Positions 38,799-52,105 are shown, counted from the stretch's first letter. The stretch is 64,000 nt of DNA from Octopus sinensis (GCF_006345805.1 NC_043014.1:34410001-34474000); one strand, 5' to 3'. Translations and numbers: made by a program. Notes: generated from the letters alone by a model not told the origin.

Positions 38799-39805
38799 GT
38801 AAGTGTTGCATTTGAAAATGTATCTTGATTTCTGTGTAAGATCTATTTCTAGAGTCTCTTTTGAAAGTCTGTATATTGTGCATTACATGGATTAAAAAAA
38901 CAATTCTGTATGGTTCAAAGAACCTCATTGCTTACCAAAATTTTCTACATAAATGCAAAGGCATTGAAGTGTATGTAGCGTTCCTTTATGTCCTGTTTCT
39001 TAGTGGTTCAACAAATAGAGATTGACAAAATGAATATCAGACTGATATAAGTATAGAGGGACGATGTCAGTATGATCGACTAAAATCCTTAAAGACAGTA
39101 TCCCATTATAACTGCAGTCAATGGACTGAAATCAATAAAAGAATGCAAATAAGACTTCTGTTACATTTTCATTGGGCCTTGTGCAGCCTTCCGGCCTCCC
39201 AGACACCAGTTGAACCGTCCAACCCATGCTAGCATGGAAAGCGGACGCTAAATGATGATGATGATGAAGTAAGCTTCTCCTCAATCTGTATAAATAGCTT
39301 TTTAAAACCTGAAGACTGGTGATATACAGATCTAAGTTTCAATGACCAGATGTCCAGTTGAGAAAGTGATGTGGAATAATTAAGTAGACAAATTATCTCT
39401 TAAGAATTTTATTATTTCTATTAAATCTTCCATTTTAATTCCAGAAGTTACCATCTGTAAATTAGCAAGATCACTTTCTGTGAAACTTGAGATTATCTTT
39501 TTCCTCTCTCATACTGTAAGTGGAATGCTCAAAAGAAAGAAATGAGTAAAACTTCTTGCGATAAGTCTAGAATCCTATGCCGGAGGAGATTTGTTTCTCA
39601 TTGACTTAGCATTACAGAAACTAGAGTTGAGTGTTAGTGATCTTGGTGGCCTGGAAAGAAATGTTAGTTTTTACTAATTAGTAAATCAACATCATCATCA
39701 TTGCTATCCTCATCATCATAGATTTTCCTAATAAGTAAATCAACATCATTATCGCTATCCTTATCATTTCATTTAATACATTTCGTTTCCTTTTTCATGT
39801 TGAAG

Positions 39806-39955
39806 GTCAAATGTCATCAATACTGGCCACCAGGTTCCAAACATGGCTATGACGAAGACTTGACATTTTCTGATTCTGGTTTCAAAGTGGTTCTGTTAAA
39901 AGAAGAGGAAAATGAACATTATATTGTCCGATCTTTAAGATTGTGGAACCTTAAT
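39806..39955 (+). CDS. PTPN1: PTPN1/2-like exon D (150 nt, phase 0-0): VKCHQYWPPGSKHGYDEDLTFSDSGFKVVLLKEEENEHYIVRSLRLWNLN
   Basis: AAG acceptor at 39803-39805 and GTAAGT donor at 39956; KCxxYWP motif. Lies inside ORF 39797-40135. Confidence 0.93.
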
Positions 39956-40499
39956 GTAAGTACACTCCTTGATATCAATAATAATAATAATAATAATGGG
40001 TTGTTGTTGATTGAAATCATTATTTTTTTTTTTTTTTACAAAGTACCTTGTATTTTCTTGTATAAATTATTGCTAGAATATATTGTGTGTCTCACTATCT
40101 TTTTGCAAGCAATGACAAATGACCAAGACCTTTAGCGATTTTCTGTGCTTGAGAATACACATCAAGTTAACTGAAATCGTAGTTGCCACCAGTGCCGGTG
40201 ACACATGAAAGGCACTCATGACAAGTAAAAGGCACCCACTACACTCTGTGGAGTGGTTAGCATTCGGAAGGATTCAAGCTGTAAAAACTATGCCAAAAGA
40301 GACAATTGGTGCCTGGTGCAGCTCTCAGGCTTGCCAGCTTCTGTCTAATCATCCAACCCATGCCAGCTTGGAAAACAGGTGATAAATGATGGCATGCTGG
40401 CATGGATGGCTGAGTCTCTTAGCATCTGACCACTCCTTGTGATCCTTAATCATCCAGTACACACAGCATCAGAGGACCTGTCCACATTGTAGTTGTGAT

Positions 40500-40783
40500 T
40501 TTTTCGCCAGCCTCGTCTGGCACCTGTGTCGGTGGCACATAAAAAACACCATCCGAGCGTGGCCGTCTGCCAGCCTCGTCTGGCACCTGTGTCGGTGGCA
40601 CATAAAATCACCCACTACACTCTCGGAGTGGTTGGCGTTAGGAAGGGCATCCAGCTGTAGAAACACTGCCAGATCTGACTGGCCTGGTGCAGCCTTCGGG
40701 CTTGCCAGACCCCAGTTGAACCGTCCAACCCATGCTAGCATGGAAAGCGGACGTTAAACGATGATGATGATGATGATGATGAT
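40500..40783 (+). mobile_element. RTE 3' UTR fragment, subfamily shared with 54816-55200(-)
   Basis: GCCAGCCTCGTCTGGCACCTGTGTCGGTGGCACATAAAA tandem units plus a (GAT)n tail. Confidence 0.88.
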
Positions 40784-41655
40784 TTTTATTATGGCTGGGT
40801 ATCCTTCCCATCATCAACCACTTTACAGCTCGGGCTGAGTGCATTTTATTGACAGTGACACAAGTGAAGCCGTCTGAAACAGTTCTGAGATGCTTCTTCT
40901 ACCTTTGTCAGTTCTTATTTGCAGTTACTATCTTCCAAGATGGGTCACCTGTGATCACTCAGCAGTGTCCATGTATCATTAGTTTGTTTGTTTCTTTTGT
41001 CTGGCATGATTTTCACAGTTGGTTGCTTTTCCAATCACAAACCATTTCACAGCATCAATTGGATGGACTCACTATGCCACTAGCACAAGAAACACTGTCT
41101 TCCAGGACTAAAGTGTTTCCTTTACATTATCATTTAAGTTGTCAATATGAACCCTTGTTAGAAGCATAATGGCAAACTGATAGAAAGTTGTCTCTTTTGT
41201 GGGAGAGGGTCAGAGACAAAGTGGTGGAGTCCTTAGCATAGCAGGCTGCTGCTGGTCCCATTGTGTTAGGGAGAAGGTGGGACGTTTTAGATCTCAAGTA
41301 GAATTTATGTTGGTATTTGAACTTAGTAATGCCAGCTATTAGGGAAGCTGGTAGGAGTGTGATGGTCAGAGCCAATGTTGTCAAGATGGTTGGAATATAT
41401 TAGCCTGTTCCTGTAGACATGTAATGCTATCTGGCTGGTTTCATGTGCACACACAGCAGCATAGTAAAAGAAAAGAAATTCAAGGTTTTACTTTTAAATC
41501 TTGACCTCCTTGTTGCTGTTTGATCCTGTGCCTGAGTTCCTGAGCCATTTGAGCCCGGTTATGACAGGGATTAGCAGCAAGGCTGTATATGATAGAATTT
41601 CTACATTGTCATTTGGCTATAAAGTTTGCAAACTTTATATGTACTTACCAATGCT

Positions 41656-42460
41656 TTATTGCCAATGTTCCACCATGTTGCACCTGTCAGGCCAGCATGT
41701 GGAATTCTACTTAATGCACAGGTGGCGTTTGCACTCAGAACGGGGAACTGAAAACTTAACAGCTTTCACAGGATAGTATTTGTTATCCACATTGGGGTTT
41801 TCCCTTTTGAATTTATTGTCCTTGTATGAGCAAACATCACACAAATGATTAGTGGTGCAGTTCAACGTTTCAATTTGGAGTCAAGCATGTGCTTCATTTT
41901 TCTCTGGACTCCTGGTAGGCTACACTATTTCTGTACTTATTTGCCAGATCCAGGGCAATTCTCATCCAGAAATTTTCGGGTCTACTACTTAGCATTTTCT
42001 GGATAGTGTCTGGAATGTTTTGGGGCTCATAATTTGAGACACCAAATAGGCTTGTTCCAATAGTACCTGCACTGTCTTTGCTGGCATTCAATTTTGTAGT
42101 GGTATGCCCTCTTTTTGCTCCATTCGATTCATTTACTGAGTCATTTTCGCTGCCACCGCCTTCATGGCCTACGCAGTGTCTGTTATCATCAGAAGCAGAT
42201 TGCAAGTCCCTGCCAGGGTAATCTGCATCATTTTTGGCATCTAATTCACTGGATTCATCCAATGTATTCAGCACTTGACTGGCTTCTGGCTCTTGTGTTT
42301 TGATCCTGTTGGTCCAGGTTAATTTTCACACACTAGAACTCGTTTCATTGTGAAATTTCTCTCTATTTCTACAAGAACATGCTAGCAAAACAAGATATAT
42401 TGTCTTACTTTCGAATGTAACAGACGTTCTAATTGGTCAATCAAAACACACTCTTAATCA
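41656..42460 (-). mobile_element. Putative internally deleted piggyBac-like transposase relic (acidic N-terminus joined to C-terminal helix and Cys-rich domain)
   Basis: ORF 41894-42274(-) starts acidic (TQEPEASQVLNTLDESSELDAKNDADY) and ends FWMRIALDLANKY. After a frameshift, 41859-41656 reads CTTNHLCDVCSYK...SECKRHLCIK*NSTCW, resembling a piggyBac CxxC...CxxHLC Cys-rich domain. No DDD core or termini were identified. Confidence 0.5.
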
Positions 42461-43374
42461 AACGCATACTGCACTCTGACCTCGTGCCACTTCACCAGTG
42501 CTATGGCATGTGTGCACCTAGTGTTGCCCTTGCTATACTGGCGTTACAAGCTCTGAGAGCCAACCATTCATGAGTAGGGGAGCATAAGACAGAATGGTGT
42601 GGTTTCAAGGTGATGTAACTGCTACTACAGTCAGATTTACCTGTCTCATTGATCTGTCAGATTATTGCAGTGGAGAACTATGGATTTTGCTACGTGCAAA
42701 GGTGAGAATGGGTGACTGATATTTCAGTTGCATACGGATTGCTTCTCTGCTGTTAGACTATTACAAATTTACATCTATACTACTACTAGCATTACTATTA
42801 CTACTGGTACAAACCATTTTTTGCCTATGGACCCCTTTGATTCTCATTTTACTCAGATGGACCCTTGAAGCCATTTGATGTTTAAAAATATTATTACCCT
42901 TTCATAATAGAATATTATTATATAAAAAAATTAAGTATTTTGTGTATTTTAGAACTATAAGCAATTTATTGCACATAATTTATAACAACAAAATCTTATT
43001 TGGACCCTGGTTTAGAATCCTTGATGTAGATTAATGGTTTGGAGCTAATATGTAATAGTAAATGGATTATTATTCGTAAAGTGTTGAATGTGATATGTGT
43101 TTATGTTCTGAGTTCAAATCCTGCCATCCATTTAGCCGTTTATACTTCTGAGGTTGATAAAATTTATTACTGGAATTCATATAACTGACTATATCTAACA
43201 ACTAGTGGTCCTGTGAATAAGTAAAAGAAGAGAAATTTCATTCTTTATAGTTGTTTTCAACCGAAAATGTGGTAAAATATGTTGAAGGCATTCAATGGTA
43301 GGAAACTCTCAAGAAAGCTGAACAGAGAAGAAACCTTGCTCAGGCAAGTGTTTTGGGGGCCCAGTGGCATCTTG

Positions 43375-43815
43375 GGTGTCCTTCAAGCATTTGTCTTATG
43401 AAGAAAGGCTGAATACGCTTGACCTTTATTCCCTCGAAAAACGCTGCCGCCGTGGTGACCTCATTCGTGCTCACAACATCATAAGCGGAAAGTGTAACCT
43501 CTCGAAAGAGCTGTTCTTCACTCCTGCTCCAGAGTGTCGGCTGCGGGGTCACTCCGAAAAGCTCTATCTGCAATGATTTCATCTCATTCGAAGGAGAGGG
43601 GTTTTCTCCGTCCGGGTTGCGGATCCGTGGAATAAGCTGCCGGACGAGATAGTGAAGATGCCGACGACTGCTCGGTTCAAAGTCTCTCTTGACCAGAAAT
43701 GGCCTGAACTCTTTGTATGAACACCCTCCCTGTACATAACTCCATGTCCTCCTACATGGCCTTGCCTTTTGCTTTTTGAGCCAAAAAATTAACTTAACTG
43801 ACTAACTTAACTTAC
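43375..43815 (+). mobile_element. CR1-type LINE 3' end (second copy of 18868-19275 family)
   Basis: ORF 43364-43576 reads FKHLSYEERLNTLDLYSLEKRCRRGDLIRAHNII..., followed by a (AACTT)n tail. Confidence 0.88.
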
Positions 43816-44809
43816 TTTAGCCACTTGAATATTGGAGACTTGTACATTTAAACTGTTTGGAGATTTCATCTAGTTGTAATTCCTCTCCATTGACTCGGCT
43901 TTCACACATTGGTTGTCATGGTAGCGGTGAAACGTCAATGCTATCACTGTGACTTACTCATAGTTACTTCCCTTAGCATTAAAATGCAAAAATATTGCTT
44001 TCAGCCAGCATGGAGGTAGTTTTCCTTCCTCCTTGACCAGATCCAACTGGAACACCCTGCTGCTGTCTCTGATATTGCTTTTAGGGTTTTGGTCCTGTTC
44101 TTTTTAGGGACTGAGAATTGTTTCATTAGATCGCAAGCAGATTTGCCCACTAAACCTCTGGCCCTGACCACAATGGCAGGAACCTCCCTTTACTGCACAT
44201 GAACTGAAATATATAAATAAAAATAATGCTAACATTTTAAACAGTGTACTCCTGTTTTTAGAACTCTTTGGCACTGTGAAAGTTAATCTGAAGATCTTTC
44301 AGTTTCTGATCATCCTAACCAATGTCAGACTACTTGGAGGAGAGGTGTTGTATTTAAAAAGTGAATATGGTTCTATGCATGCTTAAGTCACTATAATCAG
44401 TTTCCACATGAGTCTTCTTGAAACCACAAACAACGAACCTTTCAAAAGTGATTGTTGTTGTGGCAGTGATTAGAGTATCTGGTGTTTCTGCAGCAATGGA
44501 ATATTGATTTCAGATTTTGGCACAAGGTCAGCGAGTTCAGAGAAGGGGTTAAAGTTGATTACATAGACCCCAGTGCTGGACTGGTACTGGACTGGACTGG
44601 TACCCCCAAAAGGAATGAAAGCAAAGTCGACCTCAACAGAATTTGAACTCAGAACATAAAGACAGATGAAATGCTGCTAAGCATTTTGCCTGGCGTACTA
44701 ACGATTCTGCCAGCTCGCTGTCTTCAGAGTAGTGCCCCAGAACTGAAAGAAGTTAAAAAAAAAATAAAGATAAAAGGTATATTTAATAATTCTCTATTTT
44801 GTTTTTCAG

Positions 44810-45019
44810 ATAGATGAGTCTCGCAATGTGTTGCATTTCCAGTATACCACTTGGCCAGATTTCGGAGTTCCATCTTCACCACATACTTTCTTAAATTTCT
44901 TGATGGCTGTTCGAGAGTCTGGATATCTAAATAATAATGTAGGTCCTTGTATAGTTCATTGCAGTGCCGGAATTGGTCGATCGGGAACATTTTGTTTAGT
45001 TGACTCAGCACTTGTTATT
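44810..45019 (+). CDS. PTPN1: PTPN1/2-like exon E (210 nt, phase 0-0), WPD loop and catalytic P-loop: [70 protein letters not shown]
   Basis: TTTCAG acceptor and GTAAGT donor. WPDFGVP and [10 protein letters not shown] are intact. Same length as I recall for human PTPN1 exon 6. Confidence 0.97.
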
Positions 45020-45162
45020 GTAAGTTTACCCGTCATTCTATTCTTGCACCATTTTTACCATTCTGTACTGAACATTGAAATTCTTTGTATTTGTTCCCTT
45101 AGAAATATTGTTTATGAAGGGATGAGGGATGATATCATTTGAGAAAATACAATCAACAACTT

Positions 45163-45765
45163 CATCATCATCATCATCATCATCATTTAGCGTCCGTTTT
45201 CCATGCTAGCATGGGTTGGACGGTTCTACTGGGGTCTGTGAAGCCAGAAGGCTTCATCAGGCCCAGTCAAATCTGGCAGTGTTTCTACGGCTGGATGCCC
45301 TTCCTAACGCCAACCACTCCGTGAGTGTAGTGGGTGCTTTTTACGTGCCACCCGCACTGGTGCCAGACAGAGCTGGCAAACGGCCACGAACGGATGGTGC
45401 TTTTTATGTGCCACCGGCACGAGGGCCAGGCGAGGCTGGCAACGGACACGAAACGGGGCGGTGCTGGCAACGGTCGCGAAACGGAAAGTTCTCTTACATG
45501 CCACCGGCACTGGTAACACATCTGCAATTTCCATTGATCGATTTCGATTCTGATCCTCACTTGCCTCAATGGGTCTTCACAAGCAGAGTTTCGACATGCC
45601 ACCGGCACTGGTAGCACATCCGCAATTTCCATTGATCGATTTCGATTCTGATCCTCACTTGCCTCAACACGTCTTCACAAGTAGAGTTTTGTGTCCCAAG
45701 AAGGGAAGGTATGCATATGTAGGCTGGCTCCATCCCATGTAGAAGGCCACGGGTTGTGGACTCAC
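45163..45765 (-). mobile_element. RTE 3' UTR copy, ~99% identical inverted partner of 29345-29937
   Basis: About 6 mismatches counted by eye over ~590 bp. The pseudo-ORFs 29496-29894(-) and 45216-45614(+) are almost identical. Confidence 0.93.
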
Positions 45766-45812
45766 AAAATCTGGCAAACAAAATCTGTGAAAAGATGTCT
45801 GATATATATATA

Positions 45813-46041
45813 CAGAGTTGGCCAAAAGTCACCTGACAGTAAATCAGAATTCCATAAATACTATCTGTAATTCTGTATTGGCTTGAATGGAAAGTGTGTC
45901 ACTCAAGGACTTTAGTTTGAACAATTTTCATGATGTTTCATATTTAGGTGATTTTATTAAATTCATTCAGTTGTTAAACATAAATAAATATTGGAATTAA
46001 ATGGTTTTGATTTACTGTCAGTTGACCTTTGGGCAACCCTG
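45813..46041. mobile_element. Tc1/mariner-type MITE, ~35-bp TIR, TA TSD
   Basis: TA-CAGAGTTGGCCAAAAGTCACCTGACAGTAAATCA ... TGATTTACTGTCAGTTGACCTTTGGGCAACCCTG-TA. Confidence 0.85.
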
Positions 46042-47354
46042 TATTTAGGTAAAAGCATATGGCTTAGTAGTTAGGGTGTTGCACTCACGATTGCGAGGGT
46101 GTGGTTTCAATTCCTAGACCAGGCCTGTGTTGTGTTCTTGAGCAAAACATTTCATTTCACATAGCTCTGCATCTGACATGTGGTACATCATGCATCTGTG
46201 CATGTAGTGTCAATTTGATGGAAGGGAATGAGCTTATATGACCACAAACATTTGATCACTATAAACAAATCACTGTGGTTGTTCAGCAAGAGATTGCAGA
46301 ACCCTCATATATTGTCTAATGACAGGAGACTCCATGATATATACCCAACTTCTACTACATCTCCCAGTTTAAGAAAATCTATTAAACAATGGGTCTTGCA
46401 CCTTCTGCTTAACTTCAAAGAAAAGTGGGTGGAGAGAAAATGGCATTAGATTTCCACCCCTAAATAAGTTGATTATAATGTGCTAGAATGAAAAACTGAA
46501 AAATATTTTCCTAGTTTTTTTCTATTTAAAATATGATTGAAAATAGTGTTAGCACAATGAACAAAAAAGTTCTTACAGTTGCAATGGGACTGGTTGTACT
46601 ATAACTCTCATCCCTAAAATTGCTGGCTTTGTGCTAAAATTTGAAACCATTATTATCAGGACTGATAATGATTACTCTGTAATAAAGCGCCTGGGAGATT
46701 TCCTTCAGTTCAACATTATTGTCTCTTCCTCACAAACAAACAGAGCCAGGGTGTGAAAAGTAAGATTCCCATAATACTGATAGTTAGTTGCTGGTCTAAA
46801 CCATCACTAAGTTTCTCAGATGCTGGATTGTACCCAGTAATATACTGGGATCAAAGCCGCGAGCTGGCAGAAGCATTAGCACGACGGGCGATGTGCTTAG
46901 CGGTATTTCGTCTGCCGTTATGTTCTAAGTTCAAATTCTGCAGAGGTCGACTTTACCTTTCATCCTTCCGGGGTCGATTAAATAAGTACCAGTTACGCAC
47001 TGGGTCGATATAATCGACTTAATCCGTTTGTCTGTCCTTGTTTGTCCTCTCTGTGTTTAGCCCCTTGTGGGTAGTAAAGAAATAGTTATGTTCTAAGTTC
47101 AAATTCTGCCGAGGTCGACTTTGCCTTTCATCCTTCCGGGGTCGATGAAATAAGTACCAGTTATGCACCGGGGTCGATGTAATCGACTTAATGTCCTTGT
47201 TTGTCCCCTCTATGTTTAGCCCCCCGTGGGCAATAAAGAAGTAAACATACTGGGGTCATTTGAATTGCCCATACTTACATCTCCTCCCTCATATGTTCAA
47301 ATATAATTTTCAGATGTTTATTTCCTTGTTCTTTTATATTTTTCCTACATCTAG

Positions 47355-47537
47355 GTTGAGAAAGACTGGAATATGGATGTGATTGATGTTGAAAGTATGT
47401 TGCAAGATATGCGTTATTACCGCATGGGACTAGTCCAAACACCTGACCAACTACGCTTCTCTTTCTTGTCTATCATTGACGGTGGCAAACAAATCTTAAG
47501 CAATCCTCCCCCCATCAAGGAAGATGAAATAGACACG
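47355..47537 (+). CDS. PTPN1: PTPN1/2-like exon F (183 nt, phase 0-0), Q-loop: VEKDWNMDVIDVESMLQDMRYYRMGLVQTPDQLRFSFLSIIDGGKQILSNPPPIKEDEIDT
   Basis: CTAG acceptor and GTAAGT donor at 47538; RMGLVQTPDQLRF motif. Confidence 0.96.
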
Positions 47538-48889
47538 GTAAGTTTGCTATATGCTTATTTGACCACACTCTCCCTTGTTTTAAATATATATAAATTATAT
47601 ACGTACACACCATCATCATGTGTGAGTGTGTCAGTTTGGTTGTGTGTATGTATGTGTGTCTGTCTCTATGTATGTATATGATGATCATGCATTTGTATCT
47701 CTGTTTCTTGCTTTTGTGTGTTCGTTTTTGCTGCCTGAACAAACATTCAGATGTGGAGAAATTTGGAGTAGAAGTAGTTTGAATTATCTGCTTTGAATGG
47801 GTAAACGATGGGCTACAAATATAACAGGAAATTTTTTAATTAAAGTAGAGCCCTTGTAATCTTGAAAATTTAACGACGGATTTGTGATTTGCGTAATAAC
47901 TAGTTTAGTCCTTTCTTACTAATCCCGTTAAAATTCTCATTTTTTATCAAGGGGCATAATTCAGGGAGTCTACAATTGGTGTCGAGAAGGTTATCTCCCC
48001 TGAACTGTTACTGATAAAGTTCTGGTGGTTAAGATAAAAAACTTGTGCAAATTGTGGTGGAGAAATGTTATGGGAATAAATGCAGAAAAGTTTTTTATTT
48101 GGCTATAATGGATCTGATGTTGAAACTGTTTGGATTAAAACAAAAATTTCTGTCGCAATTGTGTGCGTGCGTGCGTTCACACATGTCCACATCTATTGCT
48201 TGAGTGTGAGAATGACTTTTTGAATTGGCTACTCTTTTAAGGTGGTGAGCTGGCAGAAACGTTAGCATGCCGGGCGCAATACTTAGCGGTATTTCATCTG
48301 CCATTACGTTCTGAGTTCAAATTCCGCCGAGGTCAACTTTGCCTTTCATCCTTTCGGGGTCGATTAAATAAGTACCAGTTAAGCACTGGGGTCGATATAA
48401 TCGACTTAATCCGTTTGTCTGTCCTTGTTTGTCCCCTCTATATTTAGCCCCTTGTGGGCAATAAAGAAATATGCATAAGCTTTCTGTAGCATTTGCAATT
48501 GTCTGTGGGTAATTTAAGAGCACATCTATAAAATTGACATTATGTCCATGGTTACAGTTAAGCTGCGTTCCAAGACTTCAAAGGTTTAAATTTTTGTATA
48601 GCATTAAGGGTGATTTAATCACTACCTTAACCACCAACTTATAAATCAAATGAAATTAACAAGACACTGTAAGTTCTCTCTTGCTGCGTTTGAACCTCAC
48701 ACCACTATTTTTGTCTGATCATTGCCTGTAGACACAAAACTATGAGTAATAAAATATAAAGTAGATTGAGCTAATGTACACAAAAAGTTACTCTATTTTA
48801 GGTATTGTGTTCTTTTAAGTTGTCTTTGAAGTAAATTTGTAAGTAGAACCCCCCCCCCCACTCTCTCTCAGGTATTTGTGTGTGTATGC

Positions 48890-49140
48890 GTGTTGAACTG
48901 GGGTAAGAGAAATCACATTGTAGTGCATGAAAGAAAGAAAATTGTGGTGATATGGACATGTAATGCTTGCAGATGAGGGAGTGTCAATCATTTGATGTGG
49001 ATGAAATATGTGAAAGAGAGAGACTTGAAGATGTAAAACAAAGTCATAAAGGTAGACTTTGAGATTTGTAGAGTGGAAGACAAAGGACTGAGATGATTGG
49101 TGATATGTAGGGCTCAAGAAGACCTGCCCATCACAGCAAA
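48890..49140 (+). mobile_element. Highly diverged RTE RT 3' end
   Basis: GGTGATATGGACATGTAATGC...GATGAG corresponds to the WYGHVMRMDE block of the RTEs above. Confidence 0.5.
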
Positions 49141-51547
49141 ATTGATGTCCAAAAATCATGTGTATGCACACAACTGGATCCTTCACCCAATTTGACTTTA
49201 TCAAACCCTTTATTTTCTCATCTTCCTATCACTTACCCCTCCACCACTCTTCCAACTACTACTTTATTCTGTACTATAATAAAAGAACTACATATATCAC
49301 CCCTTTCTATGCACCTAGTTATCTTGCATTTTTTCTTGAATAAACTTCCTTTTGATATTCAGCCTTCATTTTTTTACTTCATTCCTCCTCACTTTCCATT
49401 AATTACTCTTTTTGTGCTATGCCTTGCGTTATCTCTCCCTTCCCTTGAACCACTTCTTATCAAATCCCATATTTCATTATTTACAGTCTCATCTACCATC
49501 AACTCCCTCCTACCTTTGTTTACCACTCACCAGATTCACACCCACATACCTCTGACCATTTCCACACTTTTGCCATCTTTAAATCATCTCTCTACCTCTC
49601 ATCCTTCCCCTATTTACTGTTTCGTTTTGCTACTCATCACTCTTTCTCTACTGTCAGTTATTGCCTCCTCACCTCTGAGCCACTTCTATTGACATCTGTC
49701 CCTCGTTCCTATCTTCCTCCTAACTCATTTTTACCATTGACCCCTTCTCCCATCTCTCACTCTTGCAACCTTTACTTACCATCATTCTTCCATCTCTCTC
49801 CCTCTCTCCTCCATCTCTCTCCCCCCTTCTTTTCCTCTTCTCATAACTTGAAGTTAAGCTCTGATACCTTGTTGCCACCATCTTTATATTTCTTTCTAGC
49901 TAACTCCACCTTAGTTACTCCTACCCACCCTTATATAATGAGGGGTAGCCATGTATCTCCTGTACAACAACAAACATGTGCTTGTCCCTTCTATCATACT
50001 TTAATGTCTCGACACTTAGCATAAAACTATCTTCCCCTCTATTGTACTCCCACTCAGTCAAGTGGGCTTTTTAGTCTTGTGAATTTACACGGCAACCTCA
50101 TTAGTGCTGGTGCTATGGAAACATTACCCTGTAGTCTCTTCAAAATGGGCGTCAGGAAGGGTATTCAGCTGTAGGAAGCAGACATTGGAGCTTGATGCCG
50201 TCCTCTTACTTGTCAGATCCTGTAGAACCATGCAACCTGATCCAGCATGGAAGACAGATGTTAAATATGATGATTAAGTTTGAAAATGCTTCATTTCATT
50301 GTAGATGTTTGTGTGTGTATCTTGTTTCATTGAGAAGGATGTATACAGTAGGATGTATATTGTTTGACATTGTTATAATGTGGAGTATTGAGACAAGGAA
50401 AGGAATATATTGTTACAAGTAAAGAACCTTCTCACGATTGAATAATTTACATTATATCAATTTCTCCCTTCCTAGTGTTTCCTTTTTTTCTCTTTCTTTC
50501 TTTATTTTCTCTCACTTTCTCTCTTTTCTTTTTCTTGTTTCCTGGAGGTAACCCCCACCTCAAAAAAAACACCCACCCACTCACTTAGGCCCTGTACTAA
50601 TAGCTATATCTGACTCAAATGTCTGACCCAAACTTTGGCAGCTATCTCCTCACTTTACTTCACACTTACCACTTCATTAGGACTGCTAATTCATCATCAT
50701 CATCATCATCGTTTAACGTCCGTTCTCCATGCTAGCATGGGTTGGACGGTTCGACCGGGGATCTGGGAAGCCAGAAGGCTGCACCAGGCTCCGGTCTTAT
50801 CTGGCAACGTTTCTACAGCTGGATGCCCTTCCTAACGCCAACCACTCCGTGAGTGTAGTGGGTGCTTTTTACGCGCCACCTGCACTGATAAATATAAAGT
50901 TCAATGAAATGAAACTAATAGCAGCCAACCACTTTTGATCACACTTTATTACACTACCTTCTTTCTGTTTCTGATCATACCAATTCAGTTCATTCCTTGT
51001 CTCTGTTTGATACAGTTTTAACTCTTTCAAGCTGGGCTAACCCACCTCCACTAGCGTTAATCTTGTTTGAAAGTATTCTGTTTTTAGGACTGGCCTGGGA
51101 GACTGGAATTGGTTTTGCACTTCTGTTTGTCCATCTTCATCTTTCTCTCTCATACACACGCACACATGTAGTACTGCCTGCCGATTTACCTATTATATAT
51201 ATAATGTGAAGGCGCATGGCTCAGTGGTTAGAGCATCGAGCTTACGATCGTGAGGTTGTGAGCTCGAATCCCGGACCGGGCTGCATGTTGTGTTCTTGAG
51301 CAAAGCACTTCATTTCACGTTGCTCCAGTTCACTCAGCTGTAGAAATGAGTTGCGACATCACAGGTGCCAAGCTGTATCGACCTTTGTCTTTCCCTTGGA
51401 TAACACTGGTGGCGTGGAGAGGGGAGGCTGGTATGCATGGGCGACTGCTGGTCTTCCATAAACAACCTTGCCCGGACTTGTGTCTAGGAGGGTAACTTTC
51501 TAGGTGCAATCCCATGGTCATTCGTGACCGAAGGGGGTCAAGTCAAG

Positions 51548-51614
<67 letters not shown>

Positions 51615-52105
51615 TCTGTATCATTCTAACTCCCCGTTTTTCTCTCTCTCATATAGCATGAGATAGCTATTGTAGATTTATTTGTTCATCCGTCTCTCTT
51701 CCCGCCTGCTTTCAACTCATCCAAACACACTCTCATTCTCTCTTATGCTTGCTTCGATTTGTGAATAAATCAATCATATTGTGATAGAGATAAAAGGGGA
51801 AATTAATGATTGAATAAATGCGTAATTTTATTATTATTATTGTTATTATTATTTGTAATGCCTTAGAAACAGAAGTGCAACATCGATGACCCTTTTTAGA
51901 GCCTAAAAGACTGATGGTGGGGAGGGAGGGATTTATTGTCATGTTGGGGCATACTCCATTTATAGGTACCCAAGGGTCACACAATGGTGTTAAACTAGAT
52001 GGTGTATTACATCTATTATGTAATAAATTGGTTAACAATTTTGCTAATTATTTATTACATTTGTGTAAAAAAAAACAAAAAACCAAAGTTTCTTTCCAAG
52101 ATTGC

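Noticed and set aside
44810-44813. Alternative acceptor TAG at 44811-44813 for exon E
   Set aside because: It shifts the frame by 4 nt and destroys the WPD and P-loop reading frame.
45216-45632. Recurrent 60-140-aa ORFs (also 13549-13857, 15241-16071, 29478-29894, 54841-55364)
   Set aside because: Antisense or UTR frames of the GC-rich RTE repeats. The near-identical peptides reflect repeat copies, not genes.
49192-50024. Hydrophobic ORFs of 166 and 111 aa as the ER-anchor exon
   Set aside because: L/S/P/F richness follows from the CT skew, and no convincing splice sites or homology were seen.
50470-50555. Pyrimidine tract plus GAG|GTAACC as a recursive splice site or exon
   Set aside because: GAG acceptors are rare, the donor is weak, and the phase-0 frame stops after about 21 codons.
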